DNA of 64,000 nt. It comes from an uncultured Flavobacteriaceae bacterium (lineage in GTDB: Bacteria; Bacteroidota; Bacteroidia; Flavobacteriales; Flavobacteriaceae). Shown one piece after another: positions 1 through 9,716 of the stretch. Each line of letters begins with the position of its first letter. The stretch's first letter is position 1. The translations under genes were made by a program, and so were the position numbers. The stretch covers positions 26,032 through 90,031 of the forward strand of contig CAZGDG010000001.1 of the NCBI GenBank assembly GCA_964524415.1. Direction: 5' to 3'. The notes under the pieces are model-generated. The model searched no databases and was not told where the DNA came from. It saw only the letters and a program-made list of their open reading frames with translations.

Positions 1-1737
1 AAATGGCCTTCCATCTCTCGACTCAAAAAAATCATATTGTTTTCCTGGCTCTATATTGAGTCTTAGCCCATAGGAATCCAGTTTTGTAGTTGTTGCTCTG
101 TAACCACCACCAATATTGAAACGGGCAAATCTATTAGGGTCTACTAAGCGTCTGTAATTTATAAAAGCATTTACCCTATAACTGTTAAGCTTTCCTTGAG
201 GCTCAAATATTTGATAGGAAATATCACCACCAAAATCATTTTGATTATTTCTAAGATTTAAGCCCAAATCATTTATGTTGTACTTTGTATCTGCAAAGCG
301 GTGGTCAAAACTGTAGCGCAGATTGCCATGAACCTTTCCCACTCTTAGGAAACTGCTAAACCCAGCTTCCCAACCAGAGTCTACGTAATTTACATTACTC
401 ATTCTTAGCTCCGTATCAATACGGTAGGTGTTTCTTCGATTTACGATATTGGCAACTAAAGCTGTGGCGTTTCCATCTCTAAAACCACCTTCACGGGTTA
501 CGTTGGTATTGATTAAACTCACTGCCGAGTTTCCATTAAACTGCTGATCGACAACGAGAATATTGTAATTGGCAAATGGCTCTACAACTTGCTGGCGCTG
601 CTCACCTGTGAGGGTATCCGTAATAACAGCATTGGTCTTTTCCGTTATCGCATTAAAGAATCCAACTCCCAATCCTTTTTTGGTTCGTCCAGAAACTTTG
701 ACGGCATTAAGAACCTTGACTTCATCTGGTACGTTAGCCTCCTCATTGTCATTTAGGTCTACATCACCAGTTGGACCATTACCGACACGCCTAGAAAAGA
801 AAAGGCCACCTTTCGAAAATAAATCTACACCTTCAGTAAAAAATTGACGTTGTTCTCTAAAGGTTTGTTCAAAGGGACCTAAGTTGAGTACAATGTTATC
901 AAAACCCGCCTGACTAAAATCTGGCACGAGCGTAGCATCTAAAGTGAAGTTATCGCTTATGCCATATTTCACATCCATACCAAAGGTAAGGTCTGTTGTG
1001 GTTTCGTTGTCAAAATTATCTACAATCCCAGTAGCGAAGGGGTAAAGGTTTAAACGAACTGGTGGTTTTAAATTATTAAGACCTCTTAACTCACCATGGT
1101 AAAGTCCAACATTTCCTTTGGTGGGATCAATGGCATTCCAGCTGTATTGGGACCGTTCTCTTCTAAAGTTTCTATGAAGTTGTAAACCCCAAATAGGTCT
1201 TTCCTGTTCTGGGAATCGTAAAGTTCTATAGGGAATCTCCATTTCTACAATCCATCCATCTTCAACAATTTTAACGGCACTGCGCCAAACGGCATTCCAA
1301 CTTCGGTCCGTGCCTATACTAGGATTGGCAATGGCATCCACTTGCTGACCAGAACTAAATACTGTGAACTGTGTGTCGTTTTGGGAATCATTGTTAGGGT
1401 TAAGTACCACCATGAAAAAATCAGCCTGCCCAAAATTATCTCTGGCGGTAAGCTGTTTCATAATGCTCTTGGGGTCATCATAGAGGTAGGCCCCAACATA
1501 AATGGCTTTATCGTCAAAACTAATCTTTACTTCGGTACGCTCTTCAAACGGTCTCGTATTTCCTATATCTGGCTCAAACTGAATGAAACCAGTAGCTATA
1601 TCTGCATTTTGCCAAGCTTCATCATTAAGTATGCCATCAATTTTGGGAGGTGTTTGTGTTCTTTTGGCTTCCAATGTCTTTTTCTCTTGGCCATAGGTAG
1701 AAATGCCACAGCAGAAAACAATGAGACATAAAAACAT
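1..1737 (-). CDS. DUF5916/CBM9-like domain outer-membrane protein (3' end runs off the window)
   Basis: Not in the ORF track. Manual translation from ATG at 1737 gives MFLCLIVFCCGISTYGQEKKTLEAKRTQTPPKIDGILNDEAWQNA (signal peptide plus CBM9-like 'IDGxLxDxAW'), and later 'LDATLVPDFSQAGFDN...LGPFEQTFREQRQFF', typical of DUF5916. A TAGTTTTG -7 box lies at 1818-1825 on the minus strand. Confidence 0.8.
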   Translation of the reverse strand, partial: MFLCLIVFCCGISTYGQEKKTLEAKRTQTPPKIDGILNDEAWQNADIATGFIQFEPDIGNTRPFEERTEVKISFDDKAIYVGAYLYDDPKSIMKQLTARDNFGQADFFMVVLNPNNDSQNDTQFTVFSSGQQVDAIANPSIGTDRSWNAVWRSAVKIVEDGWIVEMEIPYRTLRFPEQERPIWGLQLHRNFRRERSQYSWNAIDPTKGNVGLYHGELRGLNNLKPPVRLNLYPFATGIVDNFDNETTTDLTFGMDVKYGISDNFTLDATLVPDFSQAGFDNIVLNLGPFEQTFREQRQFFTEGVDLFSKGGLFFSRRVGNGPTGDVDLNDNEEANVPDEVKVLNAVKVSGRTKKGLGVGFFNAITEKTNAVITDTLTGEQRQQVVEPFANYNILVVDQQFNGNSAVSLINTNVTREGGFRDGNATALVANIVNRRNTYRIDTELRMSNVNYVDSGWEAGFSSFLRVGKVHGNLRYSFDHRFADTKYNINDLGLNLRNNQNDFGGDISYQIFEPQGKLNSYRVNAFINYRRLVDPNRFARFNIGGGYRATTTKLDSYGLRLNIEPGKQYDFFESRDGRPF

Positions 1738-1934
1738 AATTTTATGCCATACTTTAATATTTATTAGTGGCCTTATGATAGAAAACGGGTAAATTGGAGT
1801 TCGTTTTTTTACTCGTGCAAAACTACGTTGAAGAACTAAAGTCCGCTCTTAACTAAACGTTAAAACTAAATGTATCTTTGCAGGGTAAACAAAAGAGGCT
1901 TTTCTTAACTTCGATATAAAAGAAATATCTTTTT

Positions 1935-2201
1935 ATGAATAAATACAAAAAATTAGCCATAAGCTTACTGTGCGACGGTCTAGGTTACGTTTCTTTTTTG
2001 TTTCCTGCTTTTGATTTTGTATGGGCTCCTTTATCGGCCTACGTTATGACAAAGCTGTATAAAGGCAAAGAAGGCAAAGTTGCTGCGGTAATTTCTTTTA
2101 TTGAAGAGGCGTTGCCTATGCTAGATGTAATTCCAACATTTACGTTAATGTGGTTGTATACTTATGTTTTTAAGACTGAACAGACAGTGCCCAAAACGTA
2201 A
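1935..2201 (+). CDS. small hypothetical membrane protein
   Basis: 88-aa hydrophobic ORF (DFVWAPLSA...EEALPMLDVIPTFTLMW) with a TATCTTTG -7 box at 1873-1880 and a terminator directly after. Confidence 0.75.
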   Translation: MNKYKKLAISLLCDGLGYVSFLFPAFDFVWAPLSAYVMTKLYKGKEGKVAAVISFIEEALPMLDVIPTFTLMWLYTYVFKTEQTVPKT

Positions 2202-2228
2202 AATAGCCCTCAAAACGAGGGCTATTTT
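2200..2228. terminator. bidirectional intrinsic terminator
   Basis: AAAATAGCCCTC-aaaac-GAGGGCTATTTT perfect hairpin between convergent genes. Confidence 0.8.
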
Positions 2229-2252
2229 ATATAAAGAATGACTTAAACAATA

Positions 2253-2822
2253 TTAAATAACTGCAAAATTAAATGTTACTTCAATATCGGTTTCACCACC
2301 TGCATTTGTAGGGTCACCGTCGCTAACTCCTGGTGCATCTTTGTCTGGCTCATGCAATAGGATAACCGTTAAAGTATTGGTAGACCCATTGGCATCTGTG
2401 GTTAAGGTAATATCTAAACCTATAGGGTTTCCGTTAGCATCCTGATCGTTATAAACTATAGTTGGACCAACTCCACCTGTATATTGGAAGAAGAATTGAT
2501 GCTCATCATCTTCTTCGGCAATTTCAGTAGTTTTGTTTTCGATTGGGTCTTCCAATTCGTTCAATACTTCAACACTTCCATTATAAACCGTATTCACGCT
2601 TAAAGTCCCTGTTGTAACTATTGGCGCATCTGGACCATCACCATCGAGGTCTCTAGACTCAAAGACTACAGGGTTTCCGCCACCTTGAGGTGTTAAGGTT
2701 AATCTTAAAGTTGTAATAACCTCTTCCTCATTTACTGGAATTGGTGCATCATCGTCATCTGAACATGATGTAAAGGCAATACTAAATAGCAATGCCAAAC
2801 TGAGTAATTTAATTGTTTTCAT
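2253..2822 (-). CDS. surface lipoprotein associated with the TonB-dependent transporter (acidic, His-containing)
   Basis: Likely start MKTIKLL at 2822. Lipobox FTSC followed by acidic SDDDD (Bacteroidota lipoprotein export signal-like); motifs EEEVITT, EDDEHQFFF, LLHEPDK. Confidence 0.8.
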   Translation of the reverse strand: MKTIKLLSLALLFSIAFTSCSDDDDAPIPVNEEEVITTLRLTLTPQGGGNPVVFESRDLDGDGPDAPIVTTGTLSVNTVYNGSVEVLNELEDPIENKTTEIAEEDDEHQFFFQYTGGVGPTIVYNDQDANGNPIGLDITLTTDANGSTNTLTVILLHEPDKDAPGVSDGDPTNAGGETDIEVTFNFAVI

Positions 2823-2887
2823 GGTATTAATTGTTTTTACTTGGTTATTTAAATAATTATTGAGATTCATATAAAAAATTAATTGTA

Positions 2888-5287
2888 TTAATAATTGAGT
2901 TGTATTTGTAATAAGATGTTTCTTCCTACATCATCAGCAAAATAGCGCAGTCTATTAAGATAAGATCGGTACTGCGTATCAAATATATTATTGAGGCTCA
3001 ATGCTACTTTTATATCAGAAGCTTTGAAAGCGTTAAAGGTCATTTCGCCGTAAAGGTGCATGAGGTGATATGCTGGTGGCGGTGTGCTTATATCTACAAG
3101 TACAGTTTCATTTCTGGACGGTATGAACACGGTGAAATTATTGTCAGGGAATCGCGTTTGTTCCAACACTAATTGACTGGTAAGTCCGAGGGAAAAACCA
3201 TTCCATTTAGAATTTGTATAACTAAGTGTATTCTCGGTTGTAAATGCAGGAATATCAATAAGAGGACGACTACGACCTAAATCATTACCAATTATAAAGG
3301 CTGACTTATTTCGTAAGTTCAAATGCTCTGTAATGTTATAAGCTGCATTTAAATCTATGCCATATAGCTCCGAATCAGATTGAACATAGTTCCAAACAGG
3401 AAAGGCGCCACGTATGGTTTGCTCTACACCAAAAGGTTCAATGTAAATAAAGTCATTGATTCTATTGTAAAATCCTTCCAAAAGGATATTAAAGTTGCTT
3501 TTGGTATAGGAATAGCTCAATGCCACACGGTGTGATAGTTCTTGCCCAAGCCTTAAATCTCCCAGTTCTATGCGAGCAGCAGAGTGGTGGAGCCCTTCAC
3601 TAAACAATTCTGACGGATTGGGAGGTCTGTTGGCTAAACTATAATTGCCAATAATGTAGCTATGCTCATTGAGGTCGACTCTTATCCCAGCAGAAGCTGA
3701 AATGTTATGAAAATTAAACACAGGATTTGTGAGTAATTGCGTGCCAATATCCTCAATAACAATGTCAGCAAAGTCTACATCATAGCCAAGTTCTTCCCAA
3801 CGGCTTTTTCTATAAAACTTTAAAGCATCTATGCGATTAAAATCATACCGAATGCCAGCATCCAATAAAAGATTTTCATTTACTGAATATGACGTTGTAA
3901 TGTAAGATCCGAAATCGTATTTGTCGTAGTCAGGTATTAAACGTCTTACTCCAGTTTCAGGATTAGCAAAATTGTTTTGATACCTACCCATGACACCGAA
4001 GTCAATATTATAATCCTGATTAGAATCCAAGTTCACATCAAACAAAACAGTATGGGTCTGTAGATTTAGATCTATGGCAGGTTTGTTTCGGTCATCACCA
4101 ACACGAACATCAAATTCAAACCGTTGATTATTCTGATAATCATACTGCACATTAACCTTACCAAAGTTTTTAAAGCGTTTATAGTATTGCGCCTTAACCA
4201 AATGGTGTGTTATCTCTTGTCTTGGCGAGACAATGTCATAGGTAAAATCATTAATTACAGCTGGCTGCTGACTATTAATAGCATCGACCAAATCGGTGAT
4301 ATTACCTATATGAGCAGCCCTTAATATTCCTATTGTATTATTGAGATAACTATAGAACACCTCAAAACCAGATTCAAATTTTCGTTTGCCTCCTTTAAAA
4401 GTGAAACCTCCTGATTTTAATCCTGTATTACTTAGGTTATATTCTGGTGCCTCAAAATCGCCGTTCTGCTTGTAAGAGCCTTGCGCATTGGCATACCAAC
4501 CTCCTTTAAAGCTTTTATTTAAGCTAGAGCTAAAATTAAAGCCTCTTCCATTGGTTTGGCCCCCTAGAATTGTTTGCCCATAGAGTGTGTCTGTAAGAAT
4601 CGTTGGCCTTGGATTAATAACGATAACACCTCCTACAGCATCGCCACCAAAGGCTAAGGCTCCAGCACCTTTTATGACTGAAATTTGATCAGCCGAATTG
4701 ATATCTATGCTAGGAGCATGTTCAATACCCCATTCTTGGTCTTGCAAACGCACATTATTGTTTAAAACAAGTAAACGACTGCTGTGCATACCATTAATCA
4801 TTGGTTTAACTATGGAATTACCTGTATTTATGGATGAGACTCCCGGAACCTCCTTAAGGGCATCACCAAGACTTAAGGCACTGTATTTAGATAATATCTC
4901 AGATTTGATTACAGTTTCTTGAGCCGTTTCCGTGACATTCCTCTGTATTTTGCCACTTACAGATACTTCACTTAATTCTTCGATATGGTGCTCTAAGGCA
5001 ATAGCCTTAAAGGTATCACCATTAATGTTATAGGATACGGTTTTTGTCTCGCATCCAATGTGTGATATAGTAAGTGTTAATGGGCCTTTACAAAGATTCT
5101 CTATTTTGAATTTGCCATCAAAATCAGAGGTGGTATATCGATCTCTTTCCTTAATATATACCGTTGCAGAGATGATAGGCGTTCCATCATGAAAATCTGT
5201 AAGTTCCCCTAAAAATGTGTAATTACAGTCTTGGCTATAACTAAAACCAGTTATCACCAAAAACAGGAGTCCAATATATCGGAACAT
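2888..5287 (-). CDS. TonB-dependent receptor, probable divalent-metal uptake
   Basis: 799 aa. Signal peptide, N-terminal carboxypeptidase-regulatory-like domain, plug (LGDALKEVPGVSS...WGIEHAP...GGDAVGGVI), barrel with LHHSAARIE and C-terminal aromatic residue (LQIQLNY). Confidence 0.9.
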   Translation of the reverse strand: MFRYIGLLFLVITGFSYSQDCNYTFLGELTDFHDGTPIISATVYIKERDRYTTSDFDGKFKIENLCKGPLTLTISHIGCETKTVSYNINGDTFKAIALEHHIEELSEVSVSGKIQRNVTETAQETVIKSEILSKYSALSLGDALKEVPGVSSINTGNSIVKPMINGMHSSRLLVLNNNVRLQDQEWGIEHAPSIDINSADQISVIKGAGALAFGGDAVGGVIVINPRPTILTDTLYGQTILGGQTNGRGFNFSSSLNKSFKGGWYANAQGSYKQNGDFEAPEYNLSNTGLKSGGFTFKGGKRKFESGFEVFYSYLNNTIGILRAAHIGNITDLVDAINSQQPAVINDFTYDIVSPRQEITHHLVKAQYYKRFKNFGKVNVQYDYQNNQRFEFDVRVGDDRNKPAIDLNLQTHTVLFDVNLDSNQDYNIDFGVMGRYQNNFANPETGVRRLIPDYDKYDFGSYITTSYSVNENLLLDAGIRYDFNRIDALKFYRKSRWEELGYDVDFADIVIEDIGTQLLTNPVFNFHNISASAGIRVDLNEHSYIIGNYSLANRPPNPSELFSEGLHHSAARIELGDLRLGQELSHRVALSYSYTKSNFNILLEGFYNRINDFIYIEPFGVEQTIRGAFPVWNYVQSDSELYGIDLNAAYNITEHLNLRNKSAFIIGNDLGRSRPLIDIPAFTTENTLSYTNSKWNGFSLGLTSQLVLEQTRFPDNNFTVFIPSRNETVLVDISTPPPAYHLMHLYGEMTFNAFKASDIKVALSLNNIFDTQYRSYLNRLRYFADDVGRNILLQIQLNY

Positions 5288-5324
5288 GTTTAAAGGTTAA
5301 ATTAGCGAAATGAACTTGTGTGTA

Positions 5325-5663
5325 TTAAGCTAACATAGGTGGGCCTCGCAAATAAGAGACTAGTTGCTGATGTGGAAGAAAATATAAATAACAAGCATCT
5401 TCCAGTTCAGATTTGAAATTTTGAACTAGAACATGTTTGTACTTAGGAATGAAAAAATGAGAATTGGTGAGTTTAAATTTGTAAAACTCGCAGTCGACAT
5501 CTAGCTCATGAAGATGTGTTTTTGATGCGTCATTGCTCTCACAAACCTTATGTGTATGATGGGTAAAGACATGTGCCAACTTTACAGCAGATGGTGCAAA
5601 AACAGCCACCACTAATGCTATAGCTATTCCTTGTATTGAAGATTTATAAGTAGCGTTACGCAT
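5325..5663 (-). CDS. His/Cys-rich leader protein with C-terminal RGPP motif (DUF2946-like putative arrest peptide)
   Basis: N-terminal hydrophobic helix, HVFTHHTHKVC...HLHELDVDCEF, ends YLRGPPMLA. It stops 37 nt upstream of the TBDR start and overlaps the upstream gene by TAATG. Confidence 0.7.
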   Translation of the reverse strand: MRNATYKSSIQGIAIALVVAVFAPSAVKLAHVFTHHTHKVCESNDASKTHLHELDVDCEFYKFKLTNSHFFIPKYKHVLVQNFKSELEDACYLYFLPHQQLVSYLRGPPMLA

Positions 5664-6157
5664 TAATCTAAAAAGCGTTTTAAACCCATTCGTTTCAACA
5701 TTTTCTTTTCAAATTCCCAGAAGAACTTAAACTGACCAAACAGCCAACCGAAAGTAACCAAAAGAATCTGATAAAAAATTAGGCCAATGATAACAAATAA
5801 AATCCAGTAAAGGATAGGGTTTAAGTTTTCTTTAGTAATTCCAATCAGTTTAATTATAGGCCTTCCTATAAACAAGGATGAACTACCTGTTACCGCAAAC
5901 ACTATAAAAACACGTATCATTTCCCAACGGTAGGTGAGTACCCATTTGTTTTCCAGTTTTTTAAAGATAAAAAGTGTAATTTTTAATAAACCAAAACCAA
6001 TTATTATACTAGATAGGACGAGAACGAAAAGGCTGTAACCCTTAAAAATGATATTACTTAATCTGAAAGACGAGTATCCTAAGCCCAAAAGACCAAGAAC
6101 AGGAAAAAGGAGTTGCCAATTTTCTTCAATGTCCCAATCTTCCTTGAATTTTTTCAT
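5663..6157 (-). CDS. conserved membrane protein (DUF6787-like)
   Basis: Four hydrophobic segments, motif IVFAVTGSSS...YQILLVTFGWLFGQFKFFWEFEKKM. Start 6157 chosen because a TAATTTTG -7 box lies at 6176-6183 (minus). Confidence 0.75.
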   Translation of the reverse strand: MKKFKEDWDIEENWQLLFPVLGLLGLGYSSFRLSNIIFKGYSLFVLVLSSIIIGFGLLKITLFIFKKLENKWVLTYRWEMIRVFIVFAVTGSSSLFIGRPIIKLIGITKENLNPILYWILFVIIGLIFYQILLVTFGWLFGQFKFFWEFEKKMLKRMGLKRFLD

Positions 6158-6185
6158 AGCAGCATTTTGACGCTGCAAAATTACA

Positions 6186-6626
6186 TTAAATTCTAGGAAT
6201 AAAACTAGACAAACGCTGATCGTAGGTTAATTGAAAGTAAATGAAATAATTATACAACAAATAGTTGACTTCATAACCGTAATCAGTTCTTGGGTCATAA
6301 TCTATTGGTAACATATATAGATTAGGGTCAAATTCTGAGGGCTGATAGTGTCTTAAATTCCAATTTTGAACCAAGATAGCATTACGGCCTTCTAAAAATT
6401 GCTGGGAATAATATCCTCTAGGCCTTGCTGTACCTAAGAGCCATTGATTAAATCCTGGTTCAATGATTATGATTTCGTAATCAGTTTCTTCACTGCTAAT
6501 CCTTACAGTGTCGGTTTTAACTAGTGGATTAGGTTTGTCATGATTAATGACTTGAGCGGATTCATAGGACTTGCAAGACAGCAAGACGATGGCAATAATT
6601 ACAATTGGTGCGTAAAAATATTTCAT
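6186..6626 (-). CDS. conserved lipoprotein (DUF6146-like)
   Basis: Lipobox LLSC; motifs YEIIIIEPGF and IDYDPRTDYGYEVNYLLYNYFIYFQ. Confidence 0.75.
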   Translation of the reverse strand: MKYFYAPIVIIAIVLLSCKSYESAQVINHDKPNPLVKTDTVRISSEETDYEIIIIEPGFNQWLLGTARPRGYYSQQFLEGRNAILVQNWNLRHYQPSEFDPNLYMLPIDYDPRTDYGYEVNYLLYNYFIYFQLTYDQRLSSFIPRI

Positions 6627-6760
6627 AATATAAAGGTATTAAATTAATAAGTTCTAATTCCCAGCTTATTGTTGCTACTCCAAAAGAACAACTAAAAACA
6701 CTGTTTTGAAATCTAGAACTAGTGAACACAACTTTCTAATGAGTATATGAAACAATTCAC

Positions 6761-6790
6761 AAAAAAAGCAGTTCTTGGGTAGAACTGCTT
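6761..6790 (-). terminator. intrinsic terminator
   Basis: AAGCAGTTCT-tgggt-AGAACTGCTT hairpin with an A7 tract (U tract on minus) just downstream of the DUF937 gene. Confidence 0.75.
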
Positions 6791-6812
6791 ATATTGATTT
6801 TGAAAATATTGG

Positions 6813-7448
6813 TTATTTTCCAAATAGTCCGCCGAGCATGCCACCTATGCCGCCTCCTTTTTTAGAGCCACCAAGCAGCATTCCTGCTACATCATCTACA
6901 ACGCTGCCATCACCATCTGCATCCAAGACTTGTTCTAAGAAACTTTGTTCTTGGCCAGCACTATTGCCACCAAGCATGCCGCCTAAAAGATTACTTATAT
7001 CGTTTTGAGAACTCAAATTGTTTTGACGTGCTTCTTTCCCTAGTACTCCCATAAGAATTGGTGCTGCAACCTCCATGATGTTAGCTACGGTACTGGCGTC
7101 CAATCCTGCTTTTTGCCCAATGACTTGTTGTACACCCTGTTGTTTAGAGCCCAACACATGATTTAAAATTTTGGACCCATCAGTTTTAACGGCGCTATCA
7201 ACACCACCATCAAAAAGTCCACTTAAGTTGTCTAAAATACTGCCATCGTGTTTACTGGATAAAGCTCCCATTAGGCCTTGTGCGCCCTCTGGTGTTGATG
7301 CATTACGTTCCATAGCTTTCATCAAAACCGGCAGGGCCATTGTTAAAACACTACTTGTTTTACTTTGCTCAGCGCCCGTGGTCCCAGAAACACCATTGAT
7401 GATGGATTTGCCCATATCACTGTTTAAAAGATCTAAAATTCCTTTCAT
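6813..7448 (-). CDS. DUF937 family protein
   Basis: Likely start MKGILDLL. Motifs KHDGSILDNL, DGSKILNHVLG, LDADGDGSVVDD and a Gly-rich tail GGMLGGLFGK. Confidence 0.8.
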   Translation of the reverse strand: MKGILDLLNSDMGKSIINGVSGTTGAEQSKTSSVLTMALPVLMKAMERNASTPEGAQGLMGALSSKHDGSILDNLSGLFDGGVDSAVKTDGSKILNHVLGSKQQGVQQVIGQKAGLDASTVANIMEVAAPILMGVLGKEARQNNLSSQNDISNLLGGMLGGNSAGQEQSFLEQVLDADGDGSVVDDVAGMLLGGSKKGGGIGGMLGGLFGK

Positions 7449-7488
7449 TTTTTTACAAAATAAGATTAATAATTCAGGGAAAAGATAC

Positions 7489-7519
7489 AAAAAAAGTCCT
7501 CATTTTATTGAGGACTTTT
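7489..7519 (-). terminator. intrinsic terminator of serC-serA
   Basis: AAAAGTCCTCA-ttttat-TGAGGACTTTT hairpin downstream of serA. Confidence 0.75.
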
Positions 7520-7552
7520 CTATTAAAATTTTAATGTTTTATTGTTGTATTT

Positions 7553-8503
7553 CTAACTCAGTATGGCATTTATTTGCTCGGCAAGCTCTACACCTATGCG
7601 GTCTTGAGCTTCATTTGTAGCTGCACCAGTATGTGGTGTCAGGGATAGTGCCGAATTCATTAAAAGTTGAACTTCCGGTTGCGGTTCTTTTTCAAAAACA
7701 TCTAATGCAGCTCTTGCTACTTTACCACTTTCAATAGCTTTAACCAAAGCAACTTCATTAATAACACCACCACGTGCTGCATTTGCAATGATAACGCCAT
7801 CCTTCATTACATCGAAGTCTTTTTCGTCAATAATATAATCCTTTTGCGCCGGAACATGGAGGGTCAAGAAATCGGCTTGCTTCAACACAGCTTCCTTTGA
7901 AACCGTATCAATCTTAAAAGAAACGGACTGTCCGTCGAAGAAATCCAAGGTTAAGTCTGCAGTTTCTATATAAGGATCGTAGGCGACAACTTTCATTCCG
8001 GCACCTAAGCCTATTTTTGCCGTAGCCTGGCCAATTCTACCAAAACCTATAACGCCAAGGGTTTTACCTTTAAGCTCAACACCCTTGGCATAGGCTTTTT
8101 TGAGACCTTTAAAGTTTTTGTCGCCTTCTAATGGCATATCACGATTAGAATTGTGTAAAAATCGTGCTAAACCATAAAAGTGGGCAAAAACCAACTCTGC
8201 AACCGAATGCGAAGATGCGGCTGGTGTGTTAATAACTTTGATTCCCTTGCTGCGTGCATACTCTACATCTATATTGTCCATGCCAACGCCACCACGTCCA
8301 ATTATCTTTAAATTAGGGCAGTTGTCAATGATATCCTTGCGCACTTTTGTAGCGCTTCTTACTAAAAGCACTGCGATATTTTTATCATTGATGTAATTCT
8401 GAAGCTGCTCTTGAGCCACTTTAGTTGTAATAACTTCGTGTCCAGCCGCTTCTAAAGCAGTAATTCCACTTTGCGAAATTCCGTCGTTTGCTAATATTTT
8501 CAT
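7553..8503 (-). CDS. serA: D-3-phosphoglycerate dehydrogenase
   Basis: D-2-hydroxyacid dehydrogenase motifs LLVRSATKV, GRGGVGMDNID, GFGRIG, NAARGG, LTPHTGAAT; operonic with serC. Confidence 0.9.
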   Translation of the reverse strand: MKILANDGISQSGITALEAAGHEVITTKVAQEQLQNYINDKNIAVLLVRSATKVRKDIIDNCPNLKIIGRGGVGMDNIDVEYARSKGIKVINTPAASSHSVAELVFAHFYGLARFLHNSNRDMPLEGDKNFKGLKKAYAKGVELKGKTLGVIGFGRIGQATAKIGLGAGMKVVAYDPYIETADLTLDFFDGQSVSFKIDTVSKEAVLKQADFLTLHVPAQKDYIIDEKDFDVMKDGVIIANAARGGVINEVALVKAIESGKVARAALDVFEKEPQPEVQLLMNSALSLTPHTGAATNEAQDRIGVELAEQINAILS

Positions 8504-8540
8504 TTCAAAAAATCGATTTAAATTCTTTTGAGTACTTGGC

Positions 8541-9602
8541 TTATGCTTTTCGTTCTAATTCACTCATAACCTCTACCAATGTTTTTACACTGTCCAAGGA
8601 GAGCGCATTATACATGGAAGCCCTGTAACCACCGACACTTCTATGACCGTTGAGCCCATTGATTCCTGCTTCTTTCCACATAGCATCAAAGGTTTCCTTT
8701 AGATTTTCGTTTTCCAAGGTAAATGTGGCGTTCATTGTAGAACGATCTTCTTTAACGGCAAAGCCTTTAAACAGTGGATTGAGGTCAATTTCCGAATATA
8801 TCATTTGTGCCTTTTTCTCGTTTTCTTCTTCTATAGCGGTAATACCTCCTAATTCCTTTAACCACTCAAGGGTAAGCATTGATACATACACCGCAAATAC
8901 AGGTGGTGTGTTAAACATGCTACTTTTGTTGATATGTACCTTATAATCCATCATAGAAGGGATTTTGCGCGATACCTTCCCTAAAATATCTTCTTTTACA
9001 ACAACAAGAGTAGTACCAGCTGGACCCATATTTTTCTGAGCTCCAGCGTATATTAAATCAAATTGCGTAAAATCTAATTGACGCGAAAAAATATCACTGC
9101 TCATATCACATACCATTGGGATAGGGCAATTTGGAAAACTTTTCATTTGTGTTCCAAAAATGGTATTGTTGGATGTACAGTGAAAATAGTCGTATTCTTC
9201 CGGAATATCGTACCCCTTAGGAATATAATTGTAATTAGCGCTTTTGGAGGACGCTACTTCGTAGATATCGTCGTATATGCGAGCTTCCTTAATTGCTTTG
9301 TCAGACCAGGTTCCTGTATTTAAATAACCTGCACGCTTTTCCAATAAATTTAGTGCCACCATTAAAAATTGTGTACTGGCACCGCCTTGTAAAAACAATG
9401 CTTTGTAGCCTTTTCCCTCTAATCCAAGTAGTTCCAGGGCCAAAGCTCTCGCTTTTTCCATAACATCTACAAATGGTTTACTGCGGTGTGAGATTTCCAG
9501 TAACGAAAGGCCATCATCAAAATTGAGTATTGCCTCTGAAGCTTTTTCCATTACCGATTTGGGCAGAACGCAAGGACCGGCACTAAAATTGTGTATTTTC
9601 AT
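8541..9602 (-). CDS. serC: phosphoserine aminotransferase
   Basis: HNFSAGP, ISHRS, LQGGASTQF, DMSSD, YAGAQKNMGPAG, FNTPP, GHRSVGGYRASMYNA. Confidence 0.97.
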   Translation of the reverse strand: MKIHNFSAGPCVLPKSVMEKASEAILNFDDGLSLLEISHRSKPFVDVMEKARALALELLGLEGKGYKALFLQGGASTQFLMVALNLLEKRAGYLNTGTWSDKAIKEARIYDDIYEVASSKSANYNYIPKGYDIPEEYDYFHCTSNNTIFGTQMKSFPNCPIPMVCDMSSDIFSRQLDFTQFDLIYAGAQKNMGPAGTTLVVVKEDILGKVSRKIPSMMDYKVHINKSSMFNTPPVFAVYVSMLTLEWLKELGGITAIEEENEKKAQMIYSEIDLNPLFKGFAVKEDRSTMNATFTLENENLKETFDAMWKEAGINGLNGHRSVGGYRASMYNALSLDSVKTLVEVMSELERKA

Positions 9603-9716
9603 TTTATACTGACTTTGGTTTTCAGAATCTTTAAAAATTCTGATTCTTTATTTCAAACGATTACAAAGGTGGTAAATTCAATTGATTTTCATATTACCGA
9701 ATCGATAAATTTTGCC

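Noticed and set aside
569..1731. Plus-strand ORFs 569-847 and 1342-1731
   Set aside because: Antisense shadows of the long minus-strand DUF5916-like gene that the track missed because it runs off the window.
7553..9602. Functional linkage of serA/serC with the putative phosphoserine decarboxylase module
   Set aside because: They are about 50 kb apart in a housekeeping context. SerC could supply substrate, but the proximity is probably coincidental.
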